In this document: piece after piece, positions 56,661 to 64,000 of the stretch
Layout: each line of letters starts with the position of its first letter
How positions within the stretch are numbered: the first letter of the stretch is position 1
NCBI GenBank assembly: GCA_017501885.1
Contig: JAFVWA010000224.1
Location: 21,226 to 85,225 of the forward strand
Origin: Clostridia bacterium
Lineage (GTDB): Bacteria; Bacillota; Clostridia; Christensenellales; Borkfalkiaceae
Direction of reading: 5' to 3'
Length of the DNA: 64,000 nucleotides
Program-made: the position numbers and the translations under genes
Notes under the pieces: model-generated
What the model was told of the DNA's origin: nothing
Databases searched by the model: none
The model's input: the letters and a program-made list of their open reading frames with translations, nothing else

Positions 56661-57659
56661 ATGGATGAAAAAAAGATAAAAGCGTTAGACTCGATGATGG
56701 CGCAAATAGAAAAGCAATACGGCAAGGGCGCAATTATGCGTTTAGGTCAAACGGCTGGCGACACTAATATAGAAGTTTTGCCAACAGGCTGTTTATCTCT
56801 CGACCTTGCAATAGGCGTTGGCGGTCTTCCACGCGGAAGAATTATTGAAATTTACGGACCTGAATCTTCGGGTAAAACCACCGTTGCTTTGCACGTTATT
56901 GCAGAAACTCAAAAGGCAGGCGGTATTGCCGCTTTCGTCGACGCAGAACACGCGTTAGACCCCGTTTATGCTAAGAACTTAGGCGTTAACCTTGACGAAC
57001 TTTACGTTTCTCAACCAGACACTGGCGAACAAGCGCTTGATATAACCGCCTCACTCGTTAACAGCCAAGCGGTAGACATTATCGTAGTTGACTCTGTTGC
57101 AGCGCTCACTCCTAAGGCTGAAATTGAAGGGGATATGGGCGATTCTCACGTAGGTTTGCAAGCAAGACTTATGAGCCAAGCGCTTAGAAAACTTACCGCA
57201 ATCACTAACAAGAGCAAAACTTGTATTATCTTTATCAACCAACTTCGTGAAAAGGTTGGCGTTATGTTTGGCAACCCCGAAGTTACCGCGGGTGGCAAGG
57301 CGCTTAAATTCTACGCAAGCGTTCGTATAGACGTTCGTAAAGCCGACGCGTTAAAGGATAGCAACGGCGCTTACGGTAACCACACTAAGGCTAAAATCGT
57401 TAAAAATAAGGTTGCTCCACCTTTCAAAACTGCTGAATTTGACATTATTTTCGGTAAAGGTATTTCTAAGGGCAGTTGTTTAATCGACCTTGGTTTACAA
57501 TACGAAATTTTGGAAAAGAGTGGTTCTTGGTTCTCTTATAATGGGGAGAAAATCGCTCAAGGTAGGGAAAAGTGCATAGATTATCTCGAAAGCAAACCCG
57601 AAGTGGCAGACGAAATTCAAAATAAAATTTTAGAAGCATTCAAAAACCGCAATAATTAA
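56661..57659 (+). CDS. recA: recombinase A
   Basis: GPESSGKTT Walker A and full-length RecA core. Confidence 0.97.
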   Translation: MDEKKIKALDSMMAQIEKQYGKGAIMRLGQTAGDTNIEVLPTGCLSLDLAIGVGGLPRGRIIEIYGPESSGKTTVALHVIAETQKAGGIAAFVDAEHALDPVYAKNLGVNLDELYVSQPDTGEQALDITASLVNSQAVDIIVVDSVAALTPKAEIEGDMGDSHVGLQARLMSQALRKLTAITNKSKTCIIFINQLREKVGVMFGNPEVTAGGKALKFYASVRIDVRKADALKDSNGAYGNHTKAKIVKNKVAPPFKTAEFDIIFGKGISKGSCLIDLGLQYEILEKSGSWFSYNGEKIAQGREKCIDYLESKPEVADEIQNKILEAFKNRNN

Positions 57660-57682
57660 GCGGTTTTTCGCTTTTATAAATA

Positions 57683-57711
57683 TTGACATTTAGTTTAAAT
57701 TATAGTAAAAT
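57683..57711 (+). promoter_or_regulatory. consensus sigma-A promoter for rny
   Basis: TTGACA (57683-57688), 17 nt spacer, TAAAAT (57706-57711). Confidence 0.75.
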
Positions 57712-57772
57712 ATTATATAAGGAAAATATGGGCGTGATTTTCACGCTTAAAAATAACAGGAGGGCATAATTT

Positions 57773-59380
57773 ATGCAGAATTTTAATTTCAGCTCCCTGT
57801 TCTTAGCCGGAATGGAAATTGGCTGGGTGATAGCAATATTTGCCGCACTTTTAGCATTGGGACTTGGTGTCTATCTCGGCATGGTATTAAAGAATAAGTC
57901 TTTTATTAAAAAACAAGGTGATATTCAAAAAGTTACCGAAAAAATGCTCGACGACGCAAGAGAAGAGAGCAAAACCATAAAAAGAGAGGCTATTTTAGAA
58001 GCTAAAGAACAGGAACACAAACTACGCACGGAGTTTGAACGCGAATCTAAGGAAAAGCGTGCAGAACTCAAACAAATGGAAAACAGGCTTAACCAAAAAG
58101 AAGAATCGCTTGACAGAAAGGAAGACAGTTTAAATAAAAGAAACGAAGAAACCACTCGTCAGCAAAACGCTTTAAGGGACAAGCAACAAGAACTTGAAAA
58201 GAAATTGAGCGATATTTCCGATCAACACGACAAGATGATTGCCGAGTTTGAAAAGATTTCGCAAATGACCAAAGAGGAAGCTAAACAGCAACTTATAGAT
58301 TCGATTACAGACGAAGCTAAAAGAGATGCTGTTGCTATCGTAAAGAACATAGAAGGTCAAGCTAAGGAAGAAGGCGAAAGAAAAGCCAAAGAAATCGTTA
58401 GCCTTGCTATCCAAAAGTGTAGCACCGAACAAGCTACCGAAATTACCGTTTCAGTTGTTCCACTACCAAGTGACGACATGAAAGCAAGAATTATCGGTAG
58501 AGAAGGTAGAAACATAAGAACGTTAGAAAACGCAACGGGTATCGAACTTATTATCGACGATACTCCCGAAGTTGTTATCGTTTCAGGTTTTGATCCCGTT
58601 AGAAGGGAAGTAGCGCGTATTGCGTTAGAAAAGCTTATTCAAGACGGCAGAATTCACCCTGCTCGTATTGAAGAAACTGTTGAAAAGGTTAAGAAAGACC
58701 TTGACCAACAAATTAAAGAAGCAGGCGAATCTGCTTGCTACGAATGTGGAGTATTCGGACTTCACCCCGAACTCGTTAAAACTCTCGGTAGATTAAAGTT
58801 TAGAACGAGTTACGGTCAAAACGTTCTCCGTCACTCTATCGAAGTTTCGCATCTTGCTGGCGTTATGGCTACCGAACTCGGTGTAGACGCTGCTCTTGCA
58901 AAACGTGCAGGTCTTCTTCACGACCTTGGTAAAGCAGTTGACTTTGAAATTGAAGGCACCCACATGCAAATTGGTGGCGACCTTGCTAAGAAGTATAGAG
59001 AAAATCACACGGTTGTTAACGCTATCGTTGCTCACCACGGCGACGTGGAACAAAAGAGCATTGAAGCCGTTTTAGTTGCCGCTGCCGACGCTATTTCAGG
59101 CGCTCGCCCCGGTGCAAGACGTGAAACCACGACCAACTACATCAAACGTTTACAAAAGCTCGAAGAAATTTCATCAAGCTTTAAGGGCGTTGAAAAGTGC
59201 TACGCTATTCAAGCAGGTAGAGAAGTGCGCGTTATGGTTAAACCCGAACAGGTTAACGATGCTCAAACACTTTTCCTTGCAAAAGACATTGCTAAAAAGA
59301 TTGAACAGGAAATGGAATATCCCGGTCAAATCAAAGTTAACGTTATTAGAGAGTGGCGTGCAACTGAATTTGCAAAATAA
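57773..59380 (+). CDS. rny: ribonuclease Y
   Basis: N-terminal TM, coiled coil, KH domain ([10 protein letters not shown]) and HD domain (LLHDLGKA). Confidence 0.95.
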   Translation: MQNFNFSSLFLAGMEIGWVIAIFAALLALGLGVYLGMVLKNKSFIKKQGDIQKVTEKMLDDAREESKTIKREAILEAKEQEHKLRTEFERESKEKRAELKQMENRLNQKEESLDRKEDSLNKRNEETTRQQNALRDKQQELEKKLSDISDQHDKMIAEFEKISQMTKEEAKQQLIDSITDEAKRDAVAIVKNIEGQAKEEGERKAKEIVSLAIQKCSTEQATEITVSVVPLPSDDMKARIIGREGRNIRTLENATGIELIIDDTPEVVIVSGFDPVRREVARIALEKLIQDGRIHPARIEETVEKVKKDLDQQIKEAGESACYECGVFGLHPELVKTLGRLKFRTSYGQNVLRHSIEVSHLAGVMATELGVDAALAKRAGLLHDLGKAVDFEIEGTHMQIGGDLAKKYRENHTVVNAIVAHHGDVEQKSIEAVLVAAADAISGARPGARRETTTNYIKRLQKLEEISSSFKGVEKCYAIQAGREVRVMVKPEQVNDAQTLFLAKDIAKKIEQEMEYPGQIKVNVIREWRATEFAK

Positions 59381-59387
59381 AACATTT

Positions 59388-59415
59388 TCGGCGGGGTATA
59401 TCCCCGCCGATTTTT
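59388..59415 (+). terminator. terminator of rny
   Basis: Stem TCGGCGGGG / CCCCGCCGA followed by TTTTT. Confidence 0.85.
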
Positions 59416-59427
59416 ATGGGGAAAATT

Positions 59428-60555
59428 ATGGATAAATTTATTCTTATACCCGATTCGTTTAAGGGTACTTTATCATCAAACACAGTTTGCGATATAATGG
59501 CAACCCAAATTAAAAAGCACTATCCTAACAGCGATATTTACGCTATTCCCGTTGCTGATGGTGGAGAAGGTAGTGTAAATTGTTTTCTAACCGCTCTTGG
59601 TGGTAGAGAAGTTAATCTCGTTGTAAACGGACCTTATCTAACCCCTATTGATAGTTTTTACGGTATACTTGCAGATGGGAAAACTGCTGTTATAGAGATG
59701 TCAGCAGCGGCGGGACTTCCAATGGTTGAAGATAATAAAAACCCTGCGTTAACTTCTACTTACGGTGTTGGCGAACTTATAATGCACGCGCTAAACAAGG
59801 GCGTAAAAAAGATAATTATGGGGCTTGGTGGCTCATGCACGAACGACTTTGGGTGTGGGTGTGCAAGTGCTTGTGGCGTTAAGTTTTTTGATAATTCAGG
59901 CAAAGAGTTTATCCCCACGGGCGGAACGCTTAAAGATATAGCAAAGATAGATTTATCTAATTTAGATAGCCGTTTAGAGAGCGTTGAAATAATTACTATG
60001 TGCGATATAGACAATCCCCCATTTGGCGAGCGTGGTGCTGCAAGGGTTTTTGCTCCGCAAAAGGGCGCGGACGAGCAAATGGTAGAAATGCTTGACCAAG
60101 GCGTTAAGCACGTATGTTCAATCGTTAAAGACCAACTTGGTGTTAACCTCGACCAAGTAAAAGGTGGTGGTGCAGCAGGTGCTATGGGCGCTGGAATGGT
60201 GGCATTCTTTAACTCTAAACTAAAAATGGGAATAGAAGTTGTTTTAGATACCGTTAAGTTCGACTATATAGCAAAAGATGCAAAAGCCGTGTTTACAGGC
60301 GAAGGAAAGTTAGATTCGCAAAGCCTTGGCGGAAAGGTTGTTATAGGCGTTTCAAGAAGGGCAAAAGCTCTTGAAGTTCCTGTTATAGCCGTTGTTGGCG
60401 GTGCCGACGCAGAACTTGAAAAGGCTTACGAACAAGGGGTATCCGCTGTGTTTACTATAAACCGTTTACCACAAGACCTATCTATTAGTAAAAGCCAAAG
60501 CGACGTTAACTTGGCTTTCACGATGGATAATATTTTAAGAACATTAAAGTTATAA
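59428..60555 (+). CDS. glycerate kinase
   Basis: IPDSFKG and PVADGGEG motifs. Start set at ATG 59428, behind GGGGA and clear of the terminator. Confidence 0.9.
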   Translation: MDKFILIPDSFKGTLSSNTVCDIMATQIKKHYPNSDIYAIPVADGGEGSVNCFLTALGGREVNLVVNGPYLTPIDSFYGILADGKTAVIEMSAAAGLPMVEDNKNPALTSTYGVGELIMHALNKGVKKIIMGLGGSCTNDFGCGCASACGVKFFDNSGKEFIPTGGTLKDIAKIDLSNLDSRLESVEIITMCDIDNPPFGERGAARVFAPQKGADEQMVEMLDQGVKHVCSIVKDQLGVNLDQVKGGGAAGAMGAGMVAFFNSKLKMGIEVVLDTVKFDYIAKDAKAVFTGEGKLDSQSLGGKVVIGVSRRAKALEVPVIAVVGGADAELEKAYEQGVSAVFTINRLPQDLSISKSQSDVNLAFTMDNILRTLKL

Positions 60556-61568
60556 TGAAAAAGGTAAAAGAATATTTAGAAAAGGTTTTTAACCAAAATA
60601 ATATCGCTGGAATGAGCGTTGCGGTTACCGATAAAAAAGGGACTTTGGGCATATTCAATTTTGGCGTTCAAAATTCTATAACAGGTGAGCCTATTACTAA
60701 CGACTCTCGCTTTAGAATAGCGTCAATTACTAAGGTAATTTTAGGGCTTACCGCTATGCGATTAGTAGAACAAAATAAACTTAGTTTAAGCGATAAGGTA
60801 GGTAAATTCGTAGAGTGGCTAAACCCCACGCTTTCCAATTTAACAATAGAGAGTTTACTTTCTCACACGGCAGGGCTTCCGGTAGAATACACACCAGACG
60901 GTCCGAGAGATGAAGGTCTTTTAGAAAACAGTTTAAAAGACGAACTTTCAAAAGTTGACTTATCAAAGGTCGGGAACGGAAGTGGCTACCTATATTCAAA
61001 CTTAGGGATAAGACTTGTTTCGCTCGTCATAGAAAAGATAACGGGTAAAAGATTTTCGCGTGCGTCAAACGAACTCGTTATTAAGCCACTAAAAATGGAT
61101 AAAACTTTCTATCCGTTAAAAGAGGCACTTAAACTTCCATTAAGTCTTCCACACGCTCAAACGGAGAATGGTTTTAAGCCTGTTGAAATGTGGGAAAACG
61201 CCGTTAGATACGGCGCAGGCGGACTTTTTTCTACTACCGAGGATTTATGTAAACTTGCAAGGTTTATACTTAATTACGGTGTTAATGATAATGGAGAGCG
61301 TTTATTAAAGAGACAAACAATAGAAAAAATGGTTTCCCCAAGAACACCTAACGGAAAGGGCGACTTTTATGGAATTACTCAAATGCTACACACGTATAAA
61401 GGAAGGCTTTTAGGCGGGCATTTGGGAAGCGCTCCACCATATTGCGCTAACCTTGTTACCGACTTTGAAAGCGGGTATGGCGTTGCGGTAGTTATAAATA
61501 CTGAAAACAACGAACATTTACGTTATGAAATTACCGACGCGGTTTTGGACGCGTTAACAAATAGATAA
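60555..61568 (+). CDS. serine hydrolase of the beta-lactamase/PBP4* (class C-like) family
   Basis: The SITK (SxxK) motif is present. The YSN motif is present as LYSNLG. Confidence 0.8.
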   Translation: MKKVKEYLEKVFNQNNIAGMSVAVTDKKGTLGIFNFGVQNSITGEPITNDSRFRIASITKVILGLTAMRLVEQNKLSLSDKVGKFVEWLNPTLSNLTIESLLSHTAGLPVEYTPDGPRDEGLLENSLKDELSKVDLSKVGNGSGYLYSNLGIRLVSLVIEKITGKRFSRASNELVIKPLKMDKTFYPLKEALKLPLSLPHAQTENGFKPVEMWENAVRYGAGGLFSTTEDLCKLARFILNYGVNDNGERLLKRQTIEKMVSPRTPNGKGDFYGITQMLHTYKGRLLGGHLGSAPPYCANLVTDFESGYGVAVVINTENNEHLRYEITDAVLDALTNR

Positions 61569-61578
61569 GGAGAATTTT

Positions 61579-61953
61579 ATGCAAAAGAAAAGAGTTGCAC
61601 TTATTGCTCACGATAGCAAAAAAGCAGAAATAGTAGAATGGTGCTTAAACAATAAAAACATTTTAGAAAAATTTGAACTTTGTGGAACGGGAACTACGGC
61701 AAAACGCATTAGTGAAGCAACAGGACTAAAAGTAAAAGGGTATCTTTCAGGTCCGCTCGGTGGCGACCAACAAATAGGCGCGCTCGTTGCAGAAGGAAAA
61801 ATCGACTTCGTTCTATTCCTTTGTGATCCATTGACCGCTCAACCACACGACCCAGACGTTAAAGCACTACTTAGAATAGCCAACGTATACAACGTAGCGA
61901 TAGCAACAAACGTTGCCACTGCAGACTTGATAATTAAAAAGGATATGATTTAA
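61579..61953 (+). CDS. mgsA: methylglyoxal synthase
   Basis: ALIAHDSKK, GTGTT and PHDPDV motifs. Confidence 0.93.
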   Translation: MQKKRVALIAHDSKKAEIVEWCLNNKNILEKFELCGTGTTAKRISEATGLKVKGYLSGPLGGDQQIGALVAEGKIDFVLFLCDPLTAQPHDPDVKALLRIANVYNVAIATNVATADLIIKKDMI

Positions 61954-62027
61954 TCTTTAGTATATTTTTTTGAAAATAGTCCTATAAAAGTTTCTTTTGT
62001 GCAAGTTTATGTTTAAATATTAAAAGA

Positions 62028-62076
62028 ATTCTTGTTTCTAGTATTATATAATGGAAACAAGAATACCTTTTTATTT
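62028..62076 (+). terminator. perfect 11-bp inverted repeat plus T-run (probable mgsA terminator, possibly also an operator)
   Basis: ATTCTTGTTTC (62028-62038) / GAAACAAGAAT (62054-62064), a 15-nt AT-rich loop containing TATAAT, then ACCTTTTTATTT. Confidence 0.5.
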
Positions 62077-62088
62077 AAAGGAGAAATT

Positions 62089-64000
62089 ATGAAAAAAAAC
62101 GCACTTAAAGTTGCACTTCCCATACCTTTCGTTGAAAAGGAAGAAAACCTTAATGAGTTTATACAAAATGCCATAAGGCAAGCAAAAAGATACCACGCAA
62201 GCGAAGTTACTGCATTTTTGCCTAGTAAAGGATTTCGTGCAGTTGGTTACCCTACGAACGAATATATTACGCATTGTGCAAAAATGTTCAAAACGGCAAG
62301 AGAAGAGCTTGCAAAGCACGGCATAGATTTAGCAGGCTTTTATACCCTTACAGTAAAGTCTGGTAGGCGTGAAGATTTAGAGCCTATTATCCGTGCAGAT
62401 GGTAGCGAAGCGCCATTTTCTTCTTGTGTGTTAGGCGAAAACTTTAAAAAAGCGTTGTCGCAAACGATAGCACTTTTCGTAAGTATCGCAAAGCCTAAAT
62501 ACTTGCTTTTAGAAGACGATTTTTCCCTTTCGGCATCAAGTATAAAGGGGTGTTTCTGTCCCTAGCACTTAAAGGAATTTAGCAAGAGAGTTGGCAAGGA
62601 ATACGATAGAGAAACACTTTTGAAATTGTTTGAAAGCAACACGAAAGAAGGCTTAAAGCTTCTTAAAAAGTGGCGTGAATTTATGGGCGATAGCCTTGTT
62701 GAACTAGCAAAGGCTATAAGGCGAGAAGTTGATATTCTCTCCCCAGAAATTCCTATGGGTTGCAACCAAACGGGTGCAGACGAACTTGATGGATATTCTA
62801 TGCCCAAGATTGCAAAAGCACTTGCAGGGGGTAGGCATAAGCCTATTTGTAGACCAAGAGGCACTTTCTACTGTGGTGGGGATAGCAAAGATTTGCCTGC
62901 CGTTATGTTTAACGCAATGAAAGTTGCCCAAACTCATAAGGGCAAAATCACCCTACTTCACGAAAGCGATGCTTATCCACATAACCGCTTCTTTACTGGT
63001 GCACGTCAATTAGACGTTATTACAAGCGTAGCCGTAACTTATGGCGAAGATGGTGTGTTGCTCTTTGCCGAAGGCTTTGGTGGTGGAATAGCGGGAGAGG
63101 AAAGTTCTTACGGGAAGAACTTCGCAAAACAATATAATCGCCTTAACACGGTGCGAAAATTAGTCAAAAATTGCTCGTTAGATGGTGTTGAAATTGGTTA
63201 CGATTGGTTTTATAATAAACTTAAAAACGGCAATCCATTGTGGGCAAGACCTTTGGGCTTGTTTGGAATACCCACAACATCTAAAAAATCCAAAGTGGCT
63301 TTTTGGGATAGCGCACAAGCCCGTAGCTCAAGCGATAAGACTATAAAAGAATATCTCTCTAAGGTATTGTTCCTTGACGGAGATGCTGCTAAAATTTTGC
63401 AAGAGCGTGGCTATGGCGAATACCTTGGCGTAACGCTTGGCGAATGCGTAGACAAGCCACCTCTAATTTACGATTTGAGCGTTAAAGAAGTAATCTCTGC
63501 GGAATTTACACTATCTGGCACAGAAGAAAAAATGCCTTGTGGACACGCTTTTTGCCCGTCTGGAAGTGGCAAAACGTATCTACTAACCGTTGATAATAGC
63601 GATTGTAAGGTTATTTCATCTTATTTTGATAGGTTAGGAAATAAAATTTGCGACACTTCGAGTATTTTTGAAAACTCGCTTGGTGGAAAGGTAATCGTGT
63701 TTGCGCAAACGCTTTTTGGAAACCTATCGCAATCAATTTATAATTATCCACGCCAACGCCTTATTCAAAGGCTTATTCAACTTACGGCAGATGAGTTTGT
63801 AACTTGTGGGGGAGAGCCTAACCTTTGGACCATAGTTAATAAACCTAATAAGTCAAAATCTTATAAGCGTTTAATTACCGTAAGTAATTTGGGCATTGAC
63901 GGAATTGAAAAGTTTTCGTTACATATTCCAAAATCGCTTGGTAAAGTAAACGGCGTTCAAATTTTGGCTGAAAACGGACGCTTCAAAAAAGCAAAATGCA
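62089..64000 (+). pseudogene. large uncharacterised gene (at least 637 codons, runs off the window) interrupted by one in-frame TAG at 62563-62565
   Basis: AAAGGAG SD and ATG at 62089. I checked codon by codon that the same frame stays open from 62566 to 64000 (478 codons). The downstream part is not listed in the ORF track. A Cys/His motif GCFCP-TAG-HLKEF spans the stop. Confidence 0.55.

Noticed and set aside
57728-57769. 13-codon uORF (MGVIFTLKNNRRA) in the rny leader, ending 3 nt before the rny ATG
   Set aside because: The SD is weak (AAGGA) and I know of no conserved precedent. It may be fortuitous in an AT-rich leader. It is only worth revisiting if Ribo-seq data exist.
62563-62565. 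Genome-wide reassignment of TAG (alternative genetic code)
   Set aside because: TAG ends at least four conserved genes at their expected C-termini (2226, 17224, 24865, 35334). TGA and TAA are also used as stops.
62562-62937. Track ORFs 62562-62864 (-), 62704-62937 (-) and 62729-62920 (+)
   Set aside because: They are shadows of the long unlisted plus-strand frame that stays open from 62566 to the window end.

Overview
This is a 64 kb chromosomal segment from a low-GC Gram-positive bacterium, probably a Bacillota/Clostridia-like spore former. All calls come from reading the sequence and from remembered family motifs; no searches were run. I call about 58 protein-coding genes and see no rRNA, tRNA, CRISPR array, transposase or integrase.

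The backbone is housekeeping:
- DNA repair: uvrC, uvrB-uvrA.
- lon-engB.
- Macromolecular-synthesis block: dGTPase-like-dnaG-sigA-trmK-nif3-COG1579.
- ftsK, rimO-pgsA-cinA-recA, rny.
- Glycolysis: fba, gap, mgsA.
- nagA, queH, ttcA.

Accessory pockets sit between these:
1. An XRE-controlled cassette (3653-7144) encodes a bacterial-PH-domain membrane protein followed by an 838-aa lipoprotein. The lipoprotein has a textbook MACPF pore-forming signature and a Gly-rich C-terminal tail. Three operator-like palindromes surround a consensus promoter. This is my best candidate for an undescribed system: a pore-forming effector with a protective or accessory partner.
2. Cell-envelope glycopolymer genes are scattered across the window. 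They include a BY-kinase with a PHP phosphatase at 835-2228, a MOP flippase, and an O-antigen-ligase-like gene. They also include an ABC exporter, a NahK-like hexosamine kinase and two tandem Wzz/CpsC proteins at 25.5-32.2 kb.
3. A collagen-like BclA-type protein (36344-37054).
4. A BspA-type LRR lipoprotein sits behind a leader-peptide/terminator attenuator (42094-44092).
5. An AT-rich islet carries a second XRE regulator and a small divergent gene (about 11.9-12.6 kb).

Features absent from, or hidden by, the ORF track:
- A THF riboswitch lies in front of folT; the track ORF is over-extended across it.
- An orphan promoter-terminator pair defines a candidate sRNA of about 65 nt (32309-32372, minus strand).
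- A 51-codon Cys-rich hydrophobic ORF lies divergent from an ArsR regulator.
- The last gene (62089 to beyond 64000) is one reading frame of at least 637 codons, broken only by a single in-frame TAG at 62563-62565.
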